From: Desulfatiglandales bacterium
GTDB taxonomy: Bacteria > Desulfobacterota > DSM-4660 > Desulfatiglandales > Desulfatiglandaceae
DNA: 64,000 nt
Assembly (NCBI GenBank): GCA_963666345.1
Contig: OY762721.1
Location: 2,144,001-2,208,000 of the forward strand
Direction: 5' to 3'
The position numbers and the translations under genes are program-made. The notes under the pieces were generated by a model. It was not told where the DNA came from. It ran no database searches and saw only the letters and a program-made list of their open reading frames with translations. Shown one piece after another: positions 32,257 to 42,269 of this stretch. Numbering within the stretch: position 1 is the stretch's first letter; each line of letters begins with the position of its first letter.

Positions 32257-32724
32257 CTATAGCTTTTCCATTGCGCCATATACTGAACGCATTCTTTCCC
32301 TGAGAATTTTGCAGATCCTTTCCATGATGTAAAACCCGAGGTCACTGTTTAGCGTCATTATTTTCCTAAGCCTTGACCCCTCTATTTTAAGCATACTGGA
32401 GGCCTTATGGCACGTTGCGGAAGACATGAGATTATGGGGCTCATCAAGCAGGGTAGACCAGCAACCAAAAACCCTGCCTTTACCCAGTATGGCCGTAACC
32501 ACCTTTGCCTTGCGTGCGCCCAGATCCATGGATCTTTCAAGGAAAACACTTCCCCCGGCTATTATATAGAGATTTTCTCCATAATCACCCTGGTTGAATA
32601 TCTGTTCTCCTGCCTTGTAACTTTCGGCGTTGCATAGGGCTGATATCTTTTCGATAAAAGCCATTTCAATGCCGCTGAAAAGCTCGCAATTTACCAAGAC
32701 CTTGAAAAGTTCGGCATTGTCCAT
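32257..32724 (-). CDS. Stand-alone cyclic nucleotide-binding domain protein
   Basis: LFSG, IFNQGD..LYII..G.V, FG pattern; no HTH. ATG 32724 follows AAGGAG. Confidence 0.75.
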   Translation of the reverse strand: MDNAELFKVLVNCELFSGIEMAFIEKISALCNAESYKAGEQIFNQGDYGENLYIIAGGSVFLERSMDLGARKAKVVTAILGKGRVFGCWSTLLDEPHNLMSSATCHKASSMLKIEGSRLRKIMTLNSDLGFYIMERICKILRERMRSVYGAMEKL

Positions 32725-33043
32725 GGGAATTTCTCCTTTTGATGGAAGGCTGCCGGTCTTCGCAGGCCCGGAGCGGTCCGGTATTAACCATGGTTTTTTG
32801 TTTTTCTCCAATTTAGACTTTAGGAACGGCTCCCAAAGGACTCTCCCCCAGTCTCACAACCTCTCAGCTTCACTTGATCCACCGACTTTATCAGTCCAAA
32901 TTCAACTAACCCTGCAGTATTTTTATCCTGAGCCTAAAAAAAGCCCATCTTAAAGTCAAGTAATGCCTGAATATAGAAGTTTATATAAATAAGGATAAAA
33001 TAAAACAGGCCGTATTGATGTCAAAAGGACCAAAAAGGCCCGA

Positions 33044-35953
33044 CTACAATATCTTTATCACCCTCAGATCCGGCATTTCTCCTCTCAGTCTCTCTATAGC
33101 GGCAGGTGAACCAAGGATCTTGATTATGAATTCGTGCTTCAATTTATTCAAAAGGCTTCCAAAATGAATGAAATGATCTTTTCCGGTCTCAAATATCTGG
33201 TCACGCATCTGTTGGCGGCCTTTTTCATCGTCATCCGTCAGATACCTGAGCATGGATATGAATCCCTTGGCATCTGGGAGCATATGTCTGTCAAGATCAC
33301 CTATAGCTCCTATGATCGCCTTGGTAATTTCCGCATCATTGAGGTTGCTTTCCAGCAGGAATCTTCCTGCACGGTCAAAGACATCAATCGTGCCTGTGAG
33401 GTTGGGATCTCTATAGGAGACAAGGCTCAACAGGCCGGACAAACGCTCAAAAAGGCAAAACGCACCATAGGCCCCGCCCTGCACGCGGACCTGGTCCCAC
33501 AGAAAGGTGTTTCTCAGGTACCTGGATATGACCTGAGCTGAGCCATGATATTCATAGCCGTTTGAATAAAGATCCCCCCCCTTTCCCACATAGTTTACCT
33601 TTGATGGAATGCTCATTGCTTCAAGAAAGGGAAGTTTTTCCCTTGTCCATGAAACTTTTTCAATATCTTGCTCGGGCAGGGACTCCTGAAGTTTTTTTAT
33701 TGGTAAATCGAGCCTTTTAATGCCTTTTTCGTCTAAGGTTAGGTTGATAATGGCATTGCGACTGTTTACAAGCTTTCCATGTATAGACTCAAGGGTCTGT
33801 AACACCTTGGGCCAGTCCTTTTCAACATCCTCCCCCAGTTTTCTGAGGAAGAAAAGATAGCTTATTCCGCCCACCATTTCGGAGACCCAGTGTGCCTCAC
33901 CGAAATTGGCCATCAGCCTTGTATTTACAATGAGATGGCCCTGAGGGATCAATTTCTGTTCCCTCCTCGCCTTTTCCTCCAATACCATCTGGTGAAATCT
34001 CTTTCTGTTGTCCAGGCGAATATCGCATAGGACCTCCGAAAAAAGGCCGGTCAACTCCTCTGCCTGATTCACCATTGCCTTTCCACGCAGGAAAAGCCAG
34101 GAAGAGCTTTCCTTTTTTCCCTTTAATGGAGATGTGAATATCTGATGCCATATCCCGCCGGTTTTACGGCTTATCCTTTTGGATAAACTTACAAAATCCT
34201 CTTTCCGTGTCCCCATTTCGGTCAAGGCACGCCCGAAAAGAGGCATGTAGGAGAGTTCTGCTGCAGAGATCGCATGAAGATCAAAACCGATATCGAGATG
34301 GGCGATACCGCTTGTGAAGATGTCATGGGTCAGGACCTTTGTTCCTCCGGCGCTCGAGATGCAAAAGGGAATCTGTTTGTTTCTTCTTTCAAGGTCGGTC
34401 TTTTTGAGACAGGGTACAGTGGCAAGTGCTTCAGGAGTATCGGGTGTTCCCTGGATTTTTTTCAGGTACAAGGTGCTATCGATTACTTTTCTTTTCTCCT
34501 CTTTATTCATGGAAGAGAGCCTTTTTGAAAGGATGTCTCGTTCTTCACTTTCTTCCCTTCTTTCTAATTCAGGATCGGGTCTCAGGACCAGGGTCGTCCT
34601 GTGGGGGTTATCAAGTAAATTGACCCGTATTAGATCTTCAAAGTAGTTCTTGTTGTCTTCAAGATGATTTTTTATAATTTTAAAGGATTTTTCGAAGCTG
34701 AGAAGGACAAGGGGATCTCCGCCGTAAAGCCATGTAGTCAGTGCCCTGAGCATCAATAAAAGACCCTTGGGAAATGAACCTGCATTGTTCTCTCTCAGCC
34801 GGAATTCCACAGTGTTAATGGCAGCTTCCACCGTCTTTTCATCTATTCCCTTTTGAACCATGCCTTGAAGTGTCTCAAGCACAAGGGCTTCTATCTTTTC
34901 CGAATTTTCGATATCTATACCCTTGAGTCCGGTGGAAAGATACATCTGTCGCAACTCCGCTCCCAGTCCTTCTCCTGCGATATCTTCCCCGAGACCTGAG
35001 TCGATAAGGGCCTTTCTCAAAGGTGATGCGGGCATTCCAAGAAGGATGTATTCCAGAATGTGCATTGAAAAGTTTTGTACCGCGTCAACTGATTCAGGTA
35101 GCAGCCAATTGAGCGTAATCATGCCCTTAGAATCGGAACCCTCCCCCTGTCCGGCGATATAAGAACGCGTAACGTGCCTGGGTTTTGAAAGATAAGGCTG
35201 AAGGGCGATAGAGGAGTCCGCAGGGTCATGCTCGAAGTTTCCTATATATCCGTCGATCATGCGGAGTCGTTCATCAGGAGGATCATCACCGTAAAAGAAA
35301 AAACGGCAGTTTGACGGGTGGTAGTATTTTTTGTGAAATTCCAGGAAACTGTCATAGTCCAGATCCGGGATGTCTCTGGGATGACCACCGGAATCAAGAC
35401 AATAGGGAGTGTCAGGAAAAACGGACTGGACAGAGTATTCGGACAGGAGGTTTTCAGGAGCTGAATATGCGCCTTTCATCTCATTAAATACAACTCCCTT
35501 GAGACCCATAGGCCCCTCCGGATTTTCCAGTTCCATGTGCCAGCCCTCCTGCTGGAAGATCTCAGGGGTAAGGCGGGGATAAAAGACCGCGTCAAGATAT
35601 ACGTCAACCAGGTTGTAGAAATCCTCTCTGTTCTGACTTGCCACCGGGTAGCATGTTTTGTCAGGATAGGTGAAGGCATTCAAAAAGGTCTGAAGGGATC
35701 CTTTTAAAAGCTCCACAAACGGCTCTTTAACCGGATACTTCCTGGAGCCGCAAAGCACGGAGTGCTCAAGTATGTGGGCTACGCCGGTTGAATCCTTAGG
35801 GGGTGTTCGAAATGCCGCACCGAACACCTTGTTTTCATCACTTCCTTCAAGAGAGAGGAGTTCAGCCGCGGTCTTTTCATGGCGAAAAAGCCTTGCAACA
35901 GTCTTTATTTCTTGAATATATTCTTTCTTGATCAGTTTGAAACCATGTTTCAC
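33044..35953 (-). CDS. M16C (presequence protease-like) zinc metallopeptidase
   Basis: Inverted zincin HILEH, LNAFTYPDKT, GVVFNEMKG, R.QGGAYG, SYRDP; 969 aa. Confidence 0.92.
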   Translation of the reverse strand: MKHGFKLIKKEYIQEIKTVARLFRHEKTAAELLSLEGSDENKVFGAAFRTPPKDSTGVAHILEHSVLCGSRKYPVKEPFVELLKGSLQTFLNAFTYPDKTCYPVASQNREDFYNLVDVYLDAVFYPRLTPEIFQQEGWHMELENPEGPMGLKGVVFNEMKGAYSAPENLLSEYSVQSVFPDTPYCLDSGGHPRDIPDLDYDSFLEFHKKYYHPSNCRFFFYGDDPPDERLRMIDGYIGNFEHDPADSSIALQPYLSKPRHVTRSYIAGQGEGSDSKGMITLNWLLPESVDAVQNFSMHILEYILLGMPASPLRKALIDSGLGEDIAGEGLGAELRQMYLSTGLKGIDIENSEKIEALVLETLQGMVQKGIDEKTVEAAINTVEFRLRENNAGSFPKGLLLMLRALTTWLYGGDPLVLLSFEKSFKIIKNHLEDNKNYFEDLIRVNLLDNPHRTTLVLRPDPELERREESEERDILSKRLSSMNKEEKRKVIDSTLYLKKIQGTPDTPEALATVPCLKKTDLERRNKQIPFCISSAGGTKVLTHDIFTSGIAHLDIGFDLHAISAAELSYMPLFGRALTEMGTRKEDFVSLSKRISRKTGGIWHQIFTSPLKGKKESSSWLFLRGKAMVNQAEELTGLFSEVLCDIRLDNRKRFHQMVLEEKARREQKLIPQGHLIVNTRLMANFGEAHWVSEMVGGISYLFFLRKLGEDVEKDWPKVLQTLESIHGKLVNSRNAIINLTLDEKGIKRLDLPIKKLQESLPEQDIEKVSWTREKLPFLEAMSIPSKVNYVGKGGDLYSNGYEYHGSAQVISRYLRNTFLWDQVRVQGGAYGAFCLFERLSGLLSLVSYRDPNLTGTIDVFDRAGRFLLESNLNDAEITKAIIGAIGDLDRHMLPDAKGFISMLRYLTDDDEKGRQQMRDQIFETGKDHFIHFGSLLNKLKHEFIIKILGSPAAIERLRGEMPDLRVIKIL

Positions 35954-36195
35954 GGTTACTGCTCCTTTTTAAAGAGATAAAAGTTAAGGACATCTAATAG
36001 CGTAATATATTAACGTGTAAATATCGTCAAGTGCTATGCCCCAACGTTCCGTTGCGGTACACGCGCCCGGGGGCCCGTATGAACCAATGCAGGTCTGGGA
36101 CAAAAAGATTCATCCAGTAAAAGTGTAAGTTAACGTTGCAAAGCCTGTGATCTTTTGATGCAATATAAAAAAATGGTAGTTATGATAAGGTTTGG

Positions 36196-36243
36196 ATACA
36201 TACAGTAGTGGTTTGATTTTTCTTGACATACTATATGTAGTAT
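36196..36243. promoter_or_regulatory. Tandem NrdR boxes overlapping the nrdJ promoter
   Basis: ataCATACAGTAGtgg (36196-36211) and ataCTATATGTAGtat (36228-36243), 32 bp apart; TTGACA at 36223-36228. Confidence 0.75.
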
Positions 36244-36369
36244 TTAAAAATTTATTTTTCAGGCCTTTCACAGAGACATGGCTTCCGTAACAGGGTTCAA
36301 GGGTAATCCGGAAAAAACGGCATAAGGTCGCTTCATTTTCATCAAATATTATAGCTCAGGAGTAATCTA

Positions 36370-38865
36370 ATGGGTCAACAGAGCAAAATCCTTGTTACGG
36401 AAGAAGGTGTCTTTGATCTTGAATCATACAGATGGGATGATGACCGTTTCTCTGATCTGTTGGTTAAGGATAACGCCATTGATTCAAATAAGGCTATGGA
36501 TATAAGCAGGTTTGTGCGTAGCGAGATCGCCAAGATGGGTCTTCATACCATAACCATCCCTGTGCTGGAGAAGATCATCGATGCCAAACTTCTGGAATAC
36601 GGGCTTTCCAAGGCCTCTCCGGTCAGGCTGGACCGCTCAATTTTTATAAAAAGAGGTATCGCACTTTCAGAAAACGCCAGTAGGGTTCTCGCCAGGAGAT
36701 ATCTCAAGAAGAATAACGACGGAAAGGTCATCGAGACTCCGGAACAGATGTTCAGACGGGTCGCCGGAGCTATTGCGACTTCCGAGAAGAAATACGGGGA
36801 TGAAACGCATGTGGCGAAGATGGAGGAAATCTTCTACAACCTTATGACTGAACTGAAGTTTCTTCCCAACTCCCCCACCCTGATGAACGCCGGAAGAAGG
36901 CTTGGACAGCTGGCAGCCTGCTTTGTCCTGCCTGTTGAAGACAGCATGGAAGGAATCTTCGACGCCCTGAAAAACGCCGCACTCATACACAAATCAGGTG
37001 GGGGAACCGGCTTTTCCTTTTCCCGCCTTAGGCCCAAAAAGAGCAGGGTCGGCACCACAGGAGGTGTCGCCTCCGGTCCGGTTTCCTTCATGAGGATATT
37101 TAATACCGCCACCGAGCAGGTAAAACAGGGTGGAACCAGACGCGGTGCCAACATGGGTATCTTAAGGGTCGATCACCCTGATGTCAGGGAGTTCATCTTT
37201 TGCAAGAAGAATGATCATGAACTGAATAATTTTAATATTTCGGTTGCGGTAACCGATGAATTCATGGACAGGGTTTACCGTGGAGAAGACTACGACCTCA
37301 TAGACCCGAGGGACAATGAAAAGACCGGGGCGATAAACGCATCCGAGGTCTACGAGGCTCTTGTCAAGCAAGCGTGGGAAAACGGGGATCCTGGGATCAT
37401 ATTCCTGGACCGAATAAACAGGGACAATCCAACCCCCTTGCTGGGAGAGATCGAGAGCACAAATCCATGCGGGGAACAGCCCCTGCTACCCCTTGAGGCA
37501 TGCAATCTTGGGTCGATAAATCTCGCCAAGTTTGTCGTAAAAGGGGACGGGGTGCCGCAGGTCGATTTTGAATCCCTCAAAGAGGCCGTCTGGTGGTCGG
37601 TGCGGTTTCTGGATGATACCATTGATGTGTCCAGATATCCTCTTAATCAGATAGATGAAATGGTCAAGGGAAACAGAAAGATCGGCCTGGGTGTCATGGG
37701 CTTTGCGGATATGCTCTACCAGCTGGGGATCCCATACAGCAGCGAGCAGGCTCTTGAAAAGGCCGAGGAGATCATGGAATTCATCCGTGTTGAATCGCTT
37801 GAGGCATCCAGAAATCTTGGTGAAGAAAGAGGCCCCTTTCCCAATATTGAAAAAAGTGTCTATGCCGGCGATGACGCGTGCCGGTATCGAAACGCCACAA
37901 CAACCACTATAGCCCCTACCGGAACTCTCAGTATCATTGCCGGCTGTTCAAGCGGAATTGAGCCTCTTTTCGCACTCAGTTTCGTAAGGCGCGTAATGGA
38001 TAACGACGAACTGCTGGAGGTAAACCCATATTTTGAGTCTGTGGCAAGACAGAGGGGCTTTTACAGTGAGCCGCTTATGGACAGGATAGCCGTCAAGGGC
38101 ACCATCACGGATATGGAGGAGATCCCTGAGGATGTGAGAGCCGTATTCCAGACCGCTCACGACATAAGTCCTGAGTGGCATATCCGCATGCAGAGCGCCT
38201 TTCAGAAACACACCGACAACGCGGTCTCAAAAACGGTCAATCTTCCTCGGGATGCCTCCATAGAAGATGTCCGCAAGGTCTATGACCTTGCCTACAAGCT
38301 GGAATGTAAGGGCGTAACCATATATCGTGACGGAAGCAAGGAGAAACAGGTGCTTTCCTGTTCAGGTGAGGCCTCAAGGGATGAGACGTTCATGGGCGCC
38401 GTAAAGGAGAGGCCTGAGACCCTTGAGGGTTTTACCACCAAAATGGTGACAGGTCTCGGTACCCTTTATGTCACTATTACCGAGTATAAGGGCAGACCTT
38501 TCGAGGTCTTTGCCACCATAGGCAAATCGGGTGGATCAACCACTGCAAAGACGGAAGCGATAGGGCGATTGGTATCTCTGGCTCTTAGATCTGGGGTCGA
38601 GGTAGGCAAGATAGTTGATCAGCTGAAGGGTATCGGAGGAGAGCATCCTGTCTTCCAGAAAGACGGATTGGTTCTCTCTATTCCCGATGCCATAAGCAGG
38701 ATATTGGAAAAACGCTACCTGGATGCGGGTGCCCCGCGTCATGGTCAGAGAGGGAGGCACGGTCATGGCCTGTTGGGCGAATTGTGCCCGGAGTGCGGAC
38801 AGACGATCAGTTTTGAAGAGGGGTGCATGACTTGCCATTTCTGCGGTTTTTCAAAGTGCGGTTAG
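36370..38865 (+). CDS. nrdJ: Class II (adenosylcobalamin-dependent) ribonucleotide reductase
   Basis: PNSPTLMNAG, ACFV, NPCGEQPL, IAPTGT, TIYRDGS; C-terminal TSCPD-like domain and CPEC..CHFC zinc ribbon. Confidence 0.93.
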   Translation: MGQQSKILVTEEGVFDLESYRWDDDRFSDLLVKDNAIDSNKAMDISRFVRSEIAKMGLHTITIPVLEKIIDAKLLEYGLSKASPVRLDRSIFIKRGIALSENASRVLARRYLKKNNDGKVIETPEQMFRRVAGAIATSEKKYGDETHVAKMEEIFYNLMTELKFLPNSPTLMNAGRRLGQLAACFVLPVEDSMEGIFDALKNAALIHKSGGGTGFSFSRLRPKKSRVGTTGGVASGPVSFMRIFNTATEQVKQGGTRRGANMGILRVDHPDVREFIFCKKNDHELNNFNISVAVTDEFMDRVYRGEDYDLIDPRDNEKTGAINASEVYEALVKQAWENGDPGIIFLDRINRDNPTPLLGEIESTNPCGEQPLLPLEACNLGSINLAKFVVKGDGVPQVDFESLKEAVWWSVRFLDDTIDVSRYPLNQIDEMVKGNRKIGLGVMGFADMLYQLGIPYSSEQALEKAEEIMEFIRVESLEASRNLGEERGPFPNIEKSVYAGDDACRYRNATTTTIAPTGTLSIIAGCSSGIEPLFALSFVRRVMDNDELLEVNPYFESVARQRGFYSEPLMDRIAVKGTITDMEEIPEDVRAVFQTAHDISPEWHIRMQSAFQKHTDNAVSKTVNLPRDASIEDVRKVYDLAYKLECKGVTIYRDGSKEKQVLSCSGEASRDETFMGAVKERPETLEGFTTKMVTGLGTLYVTITEYKGRPFEVFATIGKSGGSTTAKTEAIGRLVSLALRSGVEVGKIVDQLKGIGGEHPVFQKDGLVLSIPDAISRILEKRYLDAGAPRHGQRGRHGHGLLGELCPECGQTISFEEGCMTCHFCGFSKCG

Positions 38866-38892
38866 AAAAAGAAGTTGATAAGACCCCGTTAT

Positions 38893-40608
38893 TTAAAGGG
38901 CATCGAAATCAGCAAGGTAATGTCCAAAAAAACGGGGATTGAGCGGAGTAAAACGGTCTACCACGGTCATCATTTCCAGGCCCGGCACTATCGTCCTTGT
39001 AACCGGGATCTCAAGTTCTTCCCTGGTAAGATCGACATAGATCGGATTGTAACCGTTTTTTGTCAATAAATCCTCTATGAGCCGGAGATCCCGTTCCGGG
39101 CTGCCTGAGGAATAATTCGGCAGTTCTTCAAAACGGAGTTTTTTCATGCCTTTCGGGGACGGCATCGATCCGAACCAGTAGGGATAGGGATAAGGGATTT
39201 CCGTCATAGCCGAAAATATGGCGCTTCTGCCGTCAAGGCTTGCCCCGGTTCCCTTTAATATCATGCCGTTTGGCCCCCTGATAAAGGCCTTGTAGCAGGG
39301 GATTCCAAATTCGGTGGTTATGTCCAGAAACTGGATGAAAATGCCCTTGTCTTCACATCTTTCAAGTATATCGTTTATGATTCGGTCTTCAGATTCCAGC
39401 AAAAATGAGCGTTTTTCAGAGTAGGAGATTATCTTTTCCGCATCCCTTTCAAGTACCTCCAGAATGGCCGCCAGTCTGGCGCTATCCCTTGTTACACCGG
39501 CTGCCAGTCCGTTGGAAGGCAAACCGCTGGTAAGGCCCGGTTCGTCAAGGTTGGGGAATAGAAATACTATCTGTGCAGGCACATACACGCTGCCTATTCC
39601 ATCTTGACCGACCCTCTCACCCATTACCCAGTAGATTTCCTGGTCCCGGAAGGGTGTTTCAAGACAGAGATCCGCCGGGTTAAGGACGCGCATATCCGCC
39701 TTTAAAAGGTCCGTATATCTCCCCTTTAGGATATCCAGGTTCCCGCAGTAATTTACTGCCCTTTCCTGATCAAAGCCGGCGAATGAAGAATAACGCTCCA
39801 CCGCCTCCATCAGGCAGGATATCTTTGCCTGGCCGATCTTATTTCCCCTTCCATAACTGATCTGGCTGCCCGTCAATCGGAAGATATTCCTGCCGGTCTC
39901 AACGGTAACATCCAGTTTCCATGGTCTTTCAACCGCATATGGACTGAGAGTGGCATCCGGCCTGGTCTCCCAACCTTCCAGAATTCCCACCAGTTCAAGG
40001 CTTTTTGTAAGGCCTTTTATTTCAGCCTTATCAGGTACATCTTTCAAATATGACCCTGTATTTGCATCAGAAGACCTGAGACTGCTTATTGAGACGGTAT
40101 TTTTCCCCCATTCATTCAGCTTTTCAGGGTCAAAGGGAAGCGGCTCTTCAGCCTGATCAGGAGGTGGCATAATGTCCAGTCGGTTCTTATTCCTGGCAAA
40201 ATTCCTGAGCCAGTATAGATTAGCCTTTTTATCCTTCCTCAAATGCCAGGGAATGTATATGAGAGGACTCTGCTCGGCCAGTTCATCCCGGTCATAAGAC
40301 TCAAAGGATCCAAGGAATTGCTCGAATTTTGGGTATACAATGGAAGCCTCATACAAAAGAGAGAGTAGAGGTAGGTCCCTTTCTTTTCCTGCCTGATGAA
40401 ACAGCGATTCAATTTCGGGCGGTTCAAGCTCAGCTGTCATCTTGAGAAAATAGGCACGCATGAAAAGGTCATTAGGGCGGTCACGGCAGATCTTGAGGGC
40501 GCTGTTAAATGGAGGCCTGCTTTTAGGGACGCATTCGTAGATTCCCACGCCGCCGGCAACGCCTGAAGGCGTCATCTCATATCCTACGAGCTGTGGAGTC
40601 TTTTCCAA
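38893..40608 (-). CDS. YcaO-family ATP-dependent enzyme with N-terminal extension
   Basis: YGRG..A..S..MEAVERY, SNGLAAG, LEVLERDA, DIT..FGIP, VPGLE; TTG start after AAGGAGG. Confidence 0.88.
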   Translation of the reverse strand: MEKTPQLVGYEMTPSGVAGGVGIYECVPKSRPPFNSALKICRDRPNDLFMRAYFLKMTAELEPPEIESLFHQAGKERDLPLLSLLYEASIVYPKFEQFLGSFESYDRDELAEQSPLIYIPWHLRKDKKANLYWLRNFARNKNRLDIMPPPDQAEEPLPFDPEKLNEWGKNTVSISSLRSSDANTGSYLKDVPDKAEIKGLTKSLELVGILEGWETRPDATLSPYAVERPWKLDVTVETGRNIFRLTGSQISYGRGNKIGQAKISCLMEAVERYSSFAGFDQERAVNYCGNLDILKGRYTDLLKADMRVLNPADLCLETPFRDQEIYWVMGERVGQDGIGSVYVPAQIVFLFPNLDEPGLTSGLPSNGLAAGVTRDSARLAAILEVLERDAEKIISYSEKRSFLLESEDRIINDILERCEDKGIFIQFLDITTEFGIPCYKAFIRGPNGMILKGTGASLDGRSAIFSAMTEIPYPYPYWFGSMPSPKGMKKLRFEELPNYSSGSPERDLRLIEDLLTKNGYNPIYVDLTREELEIPVTRTIVPGLEMMTVVDRFTPLNPRFFGHYLADFDAL

Positions 40609-40735
40609 GTGCCTCCTTCAGGTGAAAAAATTGTAAGGTCTTTTGTCGTCGTCAGGTTGAATCGGAAAATGCTTCAATGATTCAAAAAAATCTTTCAGCC
40701 TTGGCCCGGCCCATAAAATATTTTGTCCAGGCGCT

Positions 40736-42043
40736 TTATGCCTGTTCATAGACGCCTCTTATCCTGTCCTGCAGATAAATATGGTCGAAGGATTTTTTTG
40801 TCGCTTCATTGAACCAGGAAAGGCCGATATCCCGGCATCTTGTGCAGGCATCCGAGGGTATTCGCAGCGCCAGTATATGCTGCCCCAGACTGGAGACGGA
40901 TTCTATCGACAGGGTTCCGGAGCAGTCTTTGCAGTATATTATCTTTTCGCGCTGCTTTTCCTGAATCCCGTCGGTGTCATAAAATATGTTCCTCTGCCGC
41001 TCAACTATTTCACCATGCCTGTAATCTGTTTTTTTCAGGCCGCCACCAAGAAAAAGGCCTTTCAGTTCCGTAATCAGCTGTTCAATCCGCCAGGTTACAT
41101 CGGTTGATTGAGGTTCATAGTCTCTGTCATAGTTCGGTTCTTTCACATAAGCCGTATCCATTCCCGCCATTGCCATTATTATGCCGATATTTACATAAGG
41201 AAGGGCGTTTTCAACCGCATAACCTCCTTCAAGGACGGCTATGTGGGGCCTGAGTCTTTCGGTAAGCAGTGCATACCCGCGGGCTGAAAAATTCATGTTC
41301 GTGATCGGGTCGTTGAAGTGATTGTCCTGCCCGGCCGAGTTTATTATGATATCGGGGTTGAATTTTTCCAGAAGCGGCATGACAAATTCATCAAGGGTGA
41401 AGAGGAAGCCCTCTTCTCCGGTCCTGGGGGGAAGAGGGATATTAACCGTAGAGCCTTGAGCATTAGGCCCGCCCGACTCATGGGGAAAGCCGGAACCGGG
41501 ATACAGGGTCCGGCCATCCTGATGAATGGATATAAACAGGGTGTGGGGGTCATGCCAGAATATGTCTTGTGAGCCGTCTCCATGATGGCAGTCGGTATCA
41601 ACAATGGCGATTTTTTTAACCCCGTATTTTTCACGAAGATATTCAACCATTATCGCCTCATTATTGATATTGCAGAATCCCCGGTTTCCATGAACCACTC
41701 TCATGGAATGATGGCCGGGAGGACGCACCAGGGCGAAGGCGTTTTCAACCTCCCCCTTCATTACCGCGTCGGCGGCGACCAGGCAGCCTCCTGCCGATAT
41801 CAGGTGGCTTTCGGTAGTTACCGACTTTTCATCCGGAACACAGAAGTGGACCCTCCTTATATCTTCATAGTCGGCAGGCCTTACCTTGTACTCAACGATT
41901 CCATCCACATCCATCAATCCCTCTTCCATTACTTGATCCTGGGTGTATAGGAGCCTTTCTTCGCGCTCAGGATGGGTGGGGCTTATAGCCCAATCAAAGG
42001 CGGGAAAAAAGACCAGCCCGGTAGTACGGGAAGCTTTCAGCAT
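40736..42043 (-). CDS. Histone deacetylase-family Zn amidohydrolase with a C-terminal CxxC...CxxC extension
   Basis: HPE, RPPGHH, GFC, D.D.HHGDG, SAGQD, LEGGY; CKDC and CTRC near the C-terminus. Confidence 0.9.
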   Translation of the reverse strand: MLKASRTTGLVFFPAFDWAISPTHPEREERLLYTQDQVMEEGLMDVDGIVEYKVRPADYEDIRRVHFCVPDEKSVTTESHLISAGGCLVAADAVMKGEVENAFALVRPPGHHSMRVVHGNRGFCNINNEAIMVEYLREKYGVKKIAIVDTDCHHGDGSQDIFWHDPHTLFISIHQDGRTLYPGSGFPHESGGPNAQGSTVNIPLPPRTGEEGFLFTLDEFVMPLLEKFNPDIIINSAGQDNHFNDPITNMNFSARGYALLTERLRPHIAVLEGGYAVENALPYVNIGIIMAMAGMDTAYVKEPNYDRDYEPQSTDVTWRIEQLITELKGLFLGGGLKKTDYRHGEIVERQRNIFYDTDGIQEKQREKIIYCKDCSGTLSIESVSSLGQHILALRIPSDACTRCRDIGLSWFNEATKKSFDHIYLQDRIRGVYEQA

Positions 42044-42269
42044 ATCATTGCCCTCGAAGTCGTTTTTTGGTAAAAATGTTCCTGTATTTGAGCATTTCAG
42101 ATTATAAATCCCTGTCGAGAAAACTTATCTTTCAAGCGTTTTATAAAAACTGATTACTGAAAGAACCGGGATAAGAGGCTGAAATTAAAGAACAGGTCCC
42201 CTGTTTTCAAGTTGGCGGGATTTTCAGCCGCTCTTATGCGCAGCAAAAGGTCCTGTGGGACGGGATTGT

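Noticed and set aside
35946..35961. Second parS (TGTTTCACG...)
   Set aside because: Only a half-site, and it overlaps the peptidase start codon.
42171..42237. Imperfect hairpin or RiPP precursor between the hydantoinase and HDAC genes
   Set aside because: A weak inverted repeat exists, but no convincing SD-led small ORF was found.
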